A DNA stretch of 64,000 nt from Candidatus Multivorans sp. (lineage in GTDB: Bacteria; Acidobacteriota; Thermoanaerobaculia; Multivoradales; Multivoraceae). The notes below the pieces were generated by a model, which saw only the letters and a list, made by a program, of their open reading frames with translations, was not told the DNA's origin and did no database searches. Below, one piece after another: positions 20,095 to 29,164 of the stretch. Made by a program: the position numbers and the translations under genes. The stretch spans positions 2,592,001 through 2,656,000 of the forward strand of contig OZ245033.1 of assembly GCA_965224025.1 (NCBI GenBank). The letters run 5' to 3'. Positions within the stretch are counted from its first letter, which is position 1, and each line of letters begins with the position of its first letter.

Positions 20095-22920
20095 TTAGCC
20101 ACGATGGTGCTCCCGGAGAAGTGCTACGAGACGGGCACCTCGGACCAAAGCCGGACTGTTGACGAGCTTTTGGACTCGGTCGTCCAGGAGCGGGTCGGCG
20201 AGGACATCGGTTGGCCGGATGGCTAGACGCAGCGCGAACCGGCATAGGTCGCGGTCGAACGACACGCGATGGAGTTCGACCACGTCGGCGAAACGGTTGG
20301 CTGCGGCGTCTTCGCTTTCGCCAGGGTCCGAGTGTCGAGCCAGGGGCCGGCCGAACTGTGTGGATTTGTCCACGAGCTTCTTGAGAACCGAGAGAGCATG
20401 TCGAGACATCGGTCGTTCGACGAAGGATCGCTCCGCTCTTGCCCAGTTCTCGCCGCACATGGTCCCGAAGATCGCGCTGATGATGCTGCGGATGACTTGG
20501 CGCTGCCTTGTGCTAGCAAGGAAGCCCGCTTGTCTCGCGCCGTGCCAGTAACGGAGCATGCGGAACGCTTCCCGGAGCGGTGGACCCGCGGGAACGTCAA
20601 CCTCCGGCTTCACGCCGAGATCCTGCAGGCCCGCGCTTGGCGGCGACGAACTCACCACAGCCGCGTCGAAGAACCGCGTATGGCGCGCGAGAAAGAGTCC
20701 ACCCGGCGGCGGGACGGGTCGCCCCGCTCTGGCGCTCTGGGCTTGCAGAGGGATGCGTTTGAGCGGTCGCTCCATACTGTAGAACCAGATGTCCGAGGCG
20801 GTGTCGTGATGGCCGCTGTCGTCGACGAGGCGGACCAAGGTCTTGTGCTTCCGGGAGCTCAAGACCCAGCGCAGGGGTGAGGGATCGTGCTCGAACCTGA
20901 GGGTGCAGGTGCCTAGGGATTCGCCTTTGACTTCGAGCGTGCAACACGCGGCCTCCAGGTACTTCCAGGCGCGGGATCTATCGCCGACAAATCGAGCGAA
21001 CGTGTTACGCCAGGCTTCCGGCGTGATGGGGAGGTTCATTGGAGGTTCCAAGGGACCGGAGAGGATTTCCCGGCCGTCCGCGGTGTGCAGGCGCACATCG
21101 AGGCGGACGGCGAAGCCCTCGGGACCATTGACGGAGAGGTTCAGTTCGTTGCGCCAGAAGAGGTCGAGGCTGGCGTCGTAGGGATCTGTGGTGACGAATA
21201 GACCTGGGTGCGAGGCGATGCCTGGGGTCCAGGGCTCCGGTTCGCGGACCGCGAGTCGTACGAACCCCTTTGCCGCGGGCGTGGACACAGTGCGGTCCAG
21301 TTCCGGAGTGCGGTGTGCTTCGACGGTCAGCATGTGGATACCGGCTCGTAGGGGCGGCAGTCGCACGAACGTGTGGCCGCCTTGAGGGTCGGTCGCGAGA
21401 ACCTGCGGGGCATCCTCGTTCAGGCGGAAGGAAAGCGCATCGAGCGGATGGTCCGGGGCGATTCCGAAGCAAGGGGACTCAGTGGTCAGCCACTCCGTGC
21501 TGCCTTCGCCGTCCCACCCGCGTCCGGGCAAACCGGCTGGCCAGACGCGGATGGTGCGCGCTACATCGAATCCCAACTCGCTAAGGCGGGCGACCTCGTC
21601 CGACGAAACGTGATCCGGCACGGCGAGGCGGAAAGCCTGGACGTCTTCGCACTCTAGGATGCACGAAGAGGCTTTCGGTAGTTCGCGAGGCACGCTCCCG
21701 GCAGTCACGACGATGTAGTTGTGGTCTGGTCTGACGGTTCGCGAGGCGAGGTGGCGGGCGATGCCGTCGGTGCCGATGCGAAAGAGCCAGAGCGGCCCGG
21801 GCGGGAGTCGGCACTCGGACTCAAGAAGATGATCCATAAGGGGGTTTGGCCGTTCAAAGTGGATGAGCGGCACCCCGGCGTCCGGCCAGCGTCGAAGGGC
21901 ACCCTTTCGATCGCCGGACAATAGCCATCCTGTCGGCTTCCAGTCGTCGGCGCCGTTCAGGCGGCATCGGGTGCCGTCGAGGAAGGCGCGCAGGTCGGCG
22001 CTTTCGGCAGCCACGGGACGAAAAGACCTTAGCTGCAGGACGGGGGACCAGCGATCGGCGCCGACATGGCGGAGGAAGAGCGCTGGGCGGATGATGAACC
22101 GCGACGTGTCGGGTGGAACGGGCTCGTCGGGGCCGGTGGGGCTGGGCGAGACACGATACGTGCCGCTGCCGATGCCCTTGAAACGATCCGAGACGACGCG
22201 CCTTGTCTCCTTGAGCCACTCGCGAGAACTGCGCACGTGGTCCAGATCCGCGACGATTCGTTGGAGGGTCGGTGGGTGGATCAAGTCCTCGGTGTTGACG
22301 GACTCGCCGCGAAGGAGCGCGGCGACGATCTGTCCGCTCAGGTCTTCTTGTTGGAGGAACGCCTGAAAGCGCGTCGAGGAATGGGACGCATGGGCGGCGA
22401 GGAGCCTGCCGATCGAACGTGTGTCGAGCGAAGAGGTAGCGGCCAAACGGAACCGTAGGTCGTAAAGGAGCCTGGCGAACTGGTATTGGAGATACCGTGG
22501 AAGAAGCGCATGGGTGATCGGCCAAGCGATGATGCTGAACTGCTCGGCCCATGGGCCGGATGGCACCACGCCGTTGAAGGACCTTTGGAATCTCTGGAAC
22601 CAGGACTTCACCTTGGTTCGGTCGTGAAACTGCCAGTTGGGCGTTCGCTCTTCAAACGAAGGCCAGTACTCGTCGCCTTTGTACTTGTAGCCGGCCTCGC
22701 TCGCGTAGACGACCCATGGCAGCCAATGGGGCGCTAAGCGCCGCCGAGTTCGAACCCGGTCGCGAAGCAAGGCACTGGCGCGCTTGAGTTCGTAAGGGCT
22801 GACGCCGTGTTCCAGGGCAAAGATCGGGAAGCCGGATCGTTCGCGGGCGCTCGCGAGCGAACTGAAGTGTGCGAGAAGGCGCTCCTGTAGAGCGTTCAGT
22901 GCGGCGGCGTCACGGTCCAT
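20095..22920 (-). CDS. Druantia accessory protein, 941 aa (DruC-like or DruB/C fusion)
   Basis: Between druA and druD in a tight operon; no recognisable catalytic motif. Confidence 0.65.
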   Translation of the reverse strand: MDRDAAALNALQERLLAHFSSLASARERSGFPIFALEHGVSPYELKRASALLRDRVRTRRRLAPHWLPWVVYASEAGYKYKGDEYWPSFEERTPNWQFHDRTKVKSWFQRFQRSFNGVVPSGPWAEQFSIIAWPITHALLPRYLQYQFARLLYDLRFRLAATSSLDTRSIGRLLAAHASHSSTRFQAFLQQEDLSGQIVAALLRGESVNTEDLIHPPTLQRIVADLDHVRSSREWLKETRRVVSDRFKGIGSGTYRVSPSPTGPDEPVPPDTSRFIIRPALFLRHVGADRWSPVLQLRSFRPVAAESADLRAFLDGTRCRLNGADDWKPTGWLLSGDRKGALRRWPDAGVPLIHFERPNPLMDHLLESECRLPPGPLWLFRIGTDGIARHLASRTVRPDHNYIVVTAGSVPRELPKASSCILECEDVQAFRLAVPDHVSSDEVARLSELGFDVARTIRVWPAGLPGRGWDGEGSTEWLTTESPCFGIAPDHPLDALSFRLNEDAPQVLATDPQGGHTFVRLPPLRAGIHMLTVEAHRTPELDRTVSTPAAKGFVRLAVREPEPWTPGIASHPGLFVTTDPYDASLDLFWRNELNLSVNGPEGFAVRLDVRLHTADGREILSGPLEPPMNLPITPEAWRNTFARFVGDRSRAWKYLEAACCTLEVKGESLGTCTLRFEHDPSPLRWVLSSRKHKTLVRLVDDSGHHDTASDIWFYSMERPLKRIPLQAQSARAGRPVPPPGGLFLARHTRFFDAAVVSSSPPSAGLQDLGVKPEVDVPAGPPLREAFRMLRYWHGARQAGFLASTRQRQVIRSIISAIFGTMCGENWARAERSFVERPMSRHALSVLKKLVDKSTQFGRPLARHSDPGESEDAAANRFADVVELHRVSFDRDLCRFALRLAIRPTDVLADPLLDDRVQKLVNSPALVRGARLVALLREHHRG

Positions 22921-22948
22921 CGTTTAGGTCGCTGACGAGCGACTGGTT

Positions 22949-24169
22949 TCAGTTGGACGCCGCCTGGTGCGGCTGGGTACCGACGTGGCTGTCGAGCAGG
23001 TGGAGGACGTCAGACCTGTCCCAGACGCGGTAGTCGGGGCGTCGCCGAGCACGCGGAAGAATCCACCGTTCTAGAGCGAGGTCGGCGACTTGCTCGGCTG
23101 AGAGAAGCGTAGAAATGTCTGGTGGTCCCTTGCCGGTGCACAGGATCGTAGCGGCATTGGATGCGAGCTTGCAAACGAAGACTTCGCGCTGGATACCGTG
23201 GCGCAGCAGGTCCTCTCTGAACCCAAGAGCCTTGAGGGCGGCGCGTGTGGTGCGAAGACGCCAGTTCGGGCCTTGTCCGAACCGATGCTGATCCGCATAC
23301 CCGTGGCCAGTGCTTCGCAGGTAGTCGCGCAACTCGAGAAACAGGTTGTCCGAGATGTGGAAGTGACCCCAGCCGCGCGTGTACCCGATGGGCTCAAAGT
23401 ACCGTACACCGCCCAGCTTCAAGCGGTTGTACACCGAGGACCGCCCCATCGACGACGAGGTGGTGACGGCCAGCAAGCGCGGCTTCTTCGCCTTGCCGGA
23501 GATGATGCCTGTGCTGTTGCCGTAGGTGCGCGTGAACTCGTTGTAGACCTGTCGTGAGCGGAGGAGACAGGCGACCATCTTCCCGGCCAATAGCGAGTTG
23601 TACGGGGGCAGTGCGCCCAGCACGTACGCGTCCATGACATTGACCAAGCGCTCACGGCGGTCGTTGGCATCCCATCCGATAAAGGCGTCGCGAACCGAGA
23701 GATTGAAGACCGGATCGCCAATTGCGAGCACGCCCAGCAGCTTGTCGTTGTGGGTATCCCAGATGACATAGCGGAGACGCCGCCCGAATCCGTTGGAGAC
23801 CGGTACGGACCATGTGAGCGTGGCTAGGCGAAACAAGTCCGCCTGCCAGGTTCCCGCGTACACCCGCTCAAGTTTGGGTCTGATTTCAGCGGGTTCCAGA
23901 TCCCGACCGGAGGCGAAGTAGGGAAGGAGCTTCGGGGCACGGCGCGAAACGAAGTCCGAGTTGACCGAGAGACGGTCGGTTCGCTGGGGCCCGTGCAATC
24001 TCCGAACGAGGTCTTTGTCGTGGCCGCCGATGTTGAGGGTGCCGTCCGCTGACTTGTGGAAGCCAAGGGAACGCAGCTGGCGTCTGACCTTGCGTCGGAG
24101 CGAGGCCTCCCGTGTCGAGATGGGGATTACCGGGCTGCTCTTCTTGTTCGAGTTCCCCACGACTGACAT
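22949..24169 (-). CDS. druA: Druantia DruA (DUF4338 family)
   Basis: 406 aa; WSVPVSNGFGRRLRY, GALPPYNSLLAGK, TTSSSMGRSSVYNRL, GYTRGWGHFH. Confidence 0.85.
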   Translation of the reverse strand: MSVVGNSNKKSSPVIPISTREASLRRKVRRQLRSLGFHKSADGTLNIGGHDKDLVRRLHGPQRTDRLSVNSDFVSRRAPKLLPYFASGRDLEPAEIRPKLERVYAGTWQADLFRLATLTWSVPVSNGFGRRLRYVIWDTHNDKLLGVLAIGDPVFNLSVRDAFIGWDANDRRERLVNVMDAYVLGALPPYNSLLAGKMVACLLRSRQVYNEFTRTYGNSTGIISGKAKKPRLLAVTTSSSMGRSSVYNRLKLGGVRYFEPIGYTRGWGHFHISDNLFLELRDYLRSTGHGYADQHRFGQGPNWRLRTTRAALKALGFREDLLRHGIQREVFVCKLASNAATILCTGKGPPDISTLLSAEQVADLALERWILPRARRRPDYRVWDRSDVLHLLDSHVGTQPHQAASN

Positions 24170-24537
24170 TTCCGCTTTCTGGCCGGGTTGGTCTTCCCTC
24201 GGTGGCGGGCCAACTGGAAGGTGCTCGCCGCGTCACTCGCAGGATGACGACTCCGGATTCGAGTGGGATTCTCGCCTACATCGACCCAGGGGACAAGCCG
24301 GACGCCCACTGGGAGGAACTCGGCGACGATCTTCCGACTGGTGGTCGTGAAGGACGGCTGCGGGCGGCACGGGCCAGGATCTGTCGCGAGAGGCACATCG
24401 CTGGCAGACAGCCGGTCGGACGAGTACACGTGCACCGGTCGCAGGAATCCCTTCGTAGGTTCCTCAACCCGGATGCTCGCTCCGGTCGGTCGTTGCCTGA
24501 CTTTGGGTCGGTGGGCGTCGCTCGCTCCGAGCCCCTT

Positions 24538-24567
24538 GGGATCCCACCCACGGGACCCTCGGCAGGC
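24538..24567. repeat. Right arm of the inverted repeat bracketing the Druantia cassette
   Basis: gggatcccacccacgggaccctcggcaggc; 28/30 complementary to 13168-13197. Confidence 0.8.
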
Positions 24568-24635
24568 TGGCGGAGGTCGGGCTGAGTGATGCCGGTCCGT
24601 TGCGATCCCTGGGTGGGTCGAAACGGCTGGCGTGC

Positions 24636-25172
24636 TTACGCGGGCGGTCGGGGGCCGTAACGATGTCCGTCGACCTCGAGTTCCCAGTCCAGCATGCGGT
24701 CGCCATCGAAGATGTAGCGGCCTTGGGGCGTCAGGCCGTTTAGCGAGTGGGGAAGCCAGAGCCGGTCGTCCTCCCACATCTCGTCGTAGGGGATGGCGTC
24801 GACTTCGGTCCAGAGGGGGGCCGCCTCGTCGGTTTCACGGATGTCGCCCTGGTAGCCCGAGGCGACGAAAGCGTAGACGTGGATGGAGTAGCCGTCGACG
24901 AACTGAAACAGGTTCTCTCCCCGATACTCGAGTCCCTGGGGCGTGACGCCGAGTTCCTCCTCGACTTCGCGGGTGGCGCAGTCGATCGGCTCCTCGCCGG
25001 GCTCGAGCCGGCCACCGGGGCCGTTGACCTTGCCGGCGCCCAGGCCGCGTTTCTTGCGGATCAGGAGCACCCGGCGGTCTTCGAGGACGAAGGTCAGGGT
25101 GGCCCGATCGACGGCGCGCCAGGAGGCCCAGTCGATGTCGCCGAGCTTCGTCTTGCCTGCGGCAGCCTGCAC
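24636..25172 (-). CDS. NUDIX hydrolase, 8-oxo-dGTP diphosphatase (MTH1-like)
   Basis: KKRGLGAGKVNGPGGRLEPGE...REVEEELG Nudix box; MWEDDRLWL. Confidence 0.9.
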   Translation of the reverse strand: MQAAAGKTKLGDIDWASWRAVDRATLTFVLEDRRVLLIRKKRGLGAGKVNGPGGRLEPGEEPIDCATREVEEELGVTPQGLEYRGENLFQFVDGYSIHVYAFVASGYQGDIRETDEAAPLWTEVDAIPYDEMWEDDRLWLPHSLNGLTPQGRYIFDGDRMLDWELEVDGHRYGPRPPA

Positions 25173-25321
25173 GGCGGCATCGTAGCGAAGGAAAGGCCGG
25201 TCCGCGCCTACCGAGGTACCGGTACCGCCCCAAGACTCCTCGCCTGCGGCTCGGTGTCTTGGCCCATCCCCCCGTGTCTAGCGGTCCGGCCTTCGGCGCG
25301 TACCGGTACACTGCGCGGCCT

Positions 25322-26194
25322 ATGAGATTCGGACTTCGGTACTGCAACACGGGCCGCTACGTCGATCCGGGCCTGGCGGTGGAACTGGCCCAGGCCGCCG
25401 ACGAGGCGGGCTTCGAGTCGATCTGGACCGTCGAGCACGCGGTCGTTCCGGGCGGCTATGAGTCGGCGTATCCCTATTCGCCGGACGGCAAGATGGCCGG
25501 CGGCCGAGACGACTTTCCGTTGCCCGACCCGTTGATCTGGATGGCGTTCGTCGCGTCGCAGACCCGGCGGATCCGGTTCGCGACCGGGATCCTGATCGTG
25601 CCACAGCACAACCCGGTGGTCGCCGCCAAGCAGATCGCCACCCTGGACCACATGACGGGCGGGCGTCTCCTTCTGGGCATCGGCGTCGGCTGGTTGAAGG
25701 AGGAGTTCGACGCGATCGGCGCTTCCTTTGCCGACCGGGGACGACGCACGGACGAGTACATCGAAGCGATGCGGGAGCTCTGGGGCGCCGAGAGGCCGAC
25801 CTACCAGGGCGAGTTCGTCCGGTTCGAGGCCGCCTACTGCCGCCCGCAACCGGTCACCGGCAGCGTCCCGATCATCGTTGGCGGCCATTCCAAGGTCGCA
25901 GCCCGGCGCGCCGGCCGCCTGGGTGACGGTTTCTTCCCGGCCCGCGGCGCCTCGGCCGAGCTGATCGCGCTGGCGCGTGACGTGGCCGTGGAGCACGGCC
26001 GCGACCCGGGTGCAGTCGAGATCACGACCGGCATCGGTGAGGATCTGTCGAGCCTGCGCTCGCTGGCGGACCTGGGGGTTGAACGCGTGCTGGTTCCGGT
26101 GGCGCCGATGCCGGGGATGGGGCTGCACCTCGGTCGGCCGGAGAACGCACAGGCGCTGATGGACCAGATCCTCGAGGCGGCGCCGCCGGAGTAG
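25322..26194 (+). CDS. LLM-class (probably F420-dependent) oxidoreductase
   Basis: GFESIWTVEH, ATLDHMTGGR, GIGVGWLKEEF. Confidence 0.9.
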   Translation: MRFGLRYCNTGRYVDPGLAVELAQAADEAGFESIWTVEHAVVPGGYESAYPYSPDGKMAGGRDDFPLPDPLIWMAFVASQTRRIRFATGILIVPQHNPVVAAKQIATLDHMTGGRLLLGIGVGWLKEEFDAIGASFADRGRRTDEYIEAMRELWGAERPTYQGEFVRFEAAYCRPQPVTGSVPIIVGGHSKVAARRAGRLGDGFFPARGASAELIALARDVAVEHGRDPGAVEITTGIGEDLSSLRSLADLGVERVLVPVAPMPGMGLHLGRPENAQALMDQILEAAPPE

Positions 26195-26204
26195 TCAACA
26201 GAGC

Positions 26205-27527
26205 TTGCGGTTTCGAGCACTATCGTCCTTCGCGCTCTCGGCGCTCCTCTTCGGGGGATGCTCCGGCCCCGGGCCGCCGCCGTGGCACGCGGTCCACCTG
26301 ACGTGGCAGGGCGACACGTCGACGACGATGACAGTCAACCTGGTGGTCGAAGCGGACGGCATCGGGGAGAGGCTGCCGCGGTCGGCCGGCGTCGAATGGC
26401 GCGATTCCGGCTCGGACGGAGAGCCGTATTCGATCCCAGGGGAACCGGTCGAGATCCCAGGCGTACCGGACGTTCGGGTCTACCGGTTCGAGCTGCGAGA
26501 GCTGGACGCCGGCTCCAGCTACGACTTCGAGATGCTTCTCGACGGACGGCCAGCAGGTCGGGCGCGGAGCTTCCGCACGGTACCGCGGGAGGGCCCGGTG
26601 CGCCTGGCGGCGGGGGGCGACGTGGGCGCCGAGCCGCTGTCGCTCGCCCTGCTGGCCCAGGCGGCGCGGCAGTCGCCGCACCTGCTCGCCATCGGCGGCG
26701 ACCTCGCGTACGCCAACGGCCTGACCTCGAACTGGCCGCGCTGGCGGGCCTGGTTGGAGCATGTGACCGAGGCGTTGGTTACGCCCGACGGCCACACGGT
26801 TCCCCTGGTGCTCGCGATCGGCAACCACGAGGTGAACGTCGGCCGAGACGGCGGCGTTCCGGCGTCGGCGCCGGCCGAGCAGAAGGCGCCCTTCTTTCTT
26901 TCGCTGTTCGCGCGGAATCAGGCCGGCCGAGGCTCGCGGAAGGACGGTGGGGCAACCTACTTCCGGCGCGGCCTGGGCTCGGTGGGAGCCCTCTACGTGC
27001 TGGACAGCGACCACCTCGTGCCCTACGAGGATCAGGCAGCCTGGCTGGCGGAGCGGATGGCGGAGGACGAAGGCCTGCCTACCCGGCTGGCCCTCTACCA
27101 CGTTCCGCTCTACCCGGCTCACCGGTCCTACGAGGGGTCGGCCGATGGGCGTGCCGCGTGGGAGGAGCTCTTCCACCGAGGCAGGCTGACAGCGGCGTTC
27201 GAGAACCACGACCATGTGTTCAAGCGCAGCCACCCGATCAGGCTCGGCGAGGTCGTCGAGGAGGGCGAGGGCGTGCTCTACCTCGGCGACGGCTGCATGG
27301 GCCAGGATGCCCGCACCGTCGATCCCGAAGAACGCTGGTACCTTGCCAAGTCGGCCAGCGAGCCGCATTTCTGGATGGCCGAGCTGTCCGACGAGGGAGC
27401 GATCTTCCGCGCCTTCGACGAAGAGGGCCGGTTGCTCGACCTCGTCTCCACCGGCGATGTGGCGACGCCACCCGACGCAGGGGATGTCCTGCCGGAACTC
27501 GACCGAACCGTTGAGATGCCCGGCTGA
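26205..27527 (+). CDS. Purple acid phosphatase-like metallophosphoesterase (lipoprotein)
   Basis: Lipobox-like FGGC; GDVG, GDLAY, GNHE, YH, NHDH motifs. Confidence 0.87.
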   Translation: MRFRALSSFALSALLFGGCSGPGPPPWHAVHLTWQGDTSTTMTVNLVVEADGIGERLPRSAGVEWRDSGSDGEPYSIPGEPVEIPGVPDVRVYRFELRELDAGSSYDFEMLLDGRPAGRARSFRTVPREGPVRLAAGGDVGAEPLSLALLAQAARQSPHLLAIGGDLAYANGLTSNWPRWRAWLEHVTEALVTPDGHTVPLVLAIGNHEVNVGRDGGVPASAPAEQKAPFFLSLFARNQAGRGSRKDGGATYFRRGLGSVGALYVLDSDHLVPYEDQAAWLAERMAEDEGLPTRLALYHVPLYPAHRSYEGSADGRAAWEELFHRGRLTAAFENHDHVFKRSHPIRLGEVVEEGEGVLYLGDGCMGQDARTVDPEERWYLAKSASEPHFWMAELSDEGAIFRAFDEEGRLLDLVSTGDVATPPDAGDVLPELDRTVEMPG

Positions 27528-27598
27528 GCGGTCGAGGTCGAGCCCACTTTCGCCTCGAAGTCGGCTCGGTTGGGGCACACCCGCCTGCGGGCACACCC

Positions 27599-27778
27599 GT
27601 CAGCGCCGCGATCCGGAGGGGAGGGTCCCAGCGGATGCTCGCGCTTGTCGGATGAATGGAAGGTCGGCGCTCGCTGCGGTCGGCTGCGCTCCGGTTGGTT
27701 GTCGGTTTCTGGAGGGATATGGGCAGTCGCTTGCCGACAGCCTCGCTGGGCCCCTCCCCTCCGGCTCGCGGCGCTGAC
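27599..27778. mobile_element. MITE/REP-like ~180-bp element with 35-bp inverted arms
   Basis: 27599-27633 and 27744-27778 are complementary at 33/35; non-coding interior; mobility is not demonstrated. Confidence 0.6.
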
Positions 27779-27876
27779 TGGAGGTCGTCGGCGAGGCGTC
27801 GGATGTCTCGATGCCGGGCTGTCGAAGTTGGAGGGGCTGCTGTTATCGTCCGAGTTCGCCCATGGAGAGAGTCAGG

Positions 27877-29164
27877 ATGCAGGACGCCATACGGAATCTG
27901 CTCGACGATAAGGCCTTCAAGGACTACGCGGCCCTGACGAAGAAGCGGAACTTCAACGCGTTCGACGTACTCCGCTACAGCGACTACGAGATTCGGCACA
28001 GCAACGTGCTTGCCTGGCTGCTGACGCCGGGCGCGACGCATGGCGTGCGCGACGCATTCGTCAAGAAGTTCGTCAAGTGCCTACCGTCGAAGGAGCACTG
28101 CGGCAAGTTGGCAGACCTGAAGCGCAAGTCCTCCTTCGCCCACGACGATGTCCGGGTCGAACGCGAAGTCGACTACGTCGACATCAAGGTGTTCTTCGAG
28201 AAGGAGCCCCGGCTCCTTCTGGTCGTCGAGAACAAGCCCTGTCCCTTCTTGCCTGAGTATGCGGAGCAACTTCGACGGTACGTAGGAGCAGCGCGAGAAG
28301 CACGGCGCCAGGTACTGCGTTCAAGGCGTTCTGCTGACCGCTTCACGCGAGGGAGACCCGCAGCACGAGGACTACCTTCATCTGAGCTGGCACGAGATCC
28401 AGAGCCGCGTGGAGTCGCTTCTCAACGGATGTGAGTCCCTTTCCACGGAGGTGAACGCCTTTCTCCAGCAGTACGTCGACATCGTCGACCGGAACATCCT
28501 TGGCCGCGGGCCCTCCTCGGACTGCTTCAGAGGACTGTTGAAGGACCATGGGGCGACGCTCGAGAAGATGCTGCGCGAGTGGAAGCCTGGCAAGATGCCT
28601 AAGAAATGGCCGGTCCCTCGGGCCGACGTCGACGCTCTCGACAGTCTGCTGCGGGACTTCCGCCAGCGGCCCGCGGACCTGAGAGACGCCGTCCGGCAGG
28701 TTCTGCGGAGCAGAGGCTTCGAGACTCAGGCCGTGACCGCTACTGGAGGGACGGTGTACTGGCTCTCCTTCTGGGATCGCCGATGGCTCAAGACCGCAAA
28801 GAAGCTCGGTATCAAGGACCAGAGGTGGTGGTTCGAGTTCACGCATCGGAACGTGGTCGTGAAACTGGGCGGCGTCGCAGTAGCCGGCGAGAAGCGGCGA
28901 GCCGTGAGGAGGATTCTCGACTTCATGGAGAAAGCTCCGGTCGAGGGGATCGTTGCCGGTGAGTTCCCGCTTGAAGTAGAGGAAGGTAAGTGGCCCCGGT
29001 TCTACCGTCAGGATCTCCTGACCGAGACCGAACTTGCGAACGCCTCGGCCGAGGAGAGTCGCGAGCGCACCCTGCGCAGAGTCAGGCGGTTCCTCAACTC
29101 CCCCGACTACAGGCGAATCAACCGCTACTTCGAGGTCCTCGCCTTCCGCCCCTCGCCCAAGTAG
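27877..29164 (+). pseudogene. PD-(D/E)XK nuclease family protein, frameshifted near 28284
   Basis: FNAFDVL..EIRHSNVLAWLLTP, VDI, LVVENK, QLRRY; continues in another frame as ...GVLLTASREG...YLHLSWHEI into ORF 28409-29164. Confidence 0.75.
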
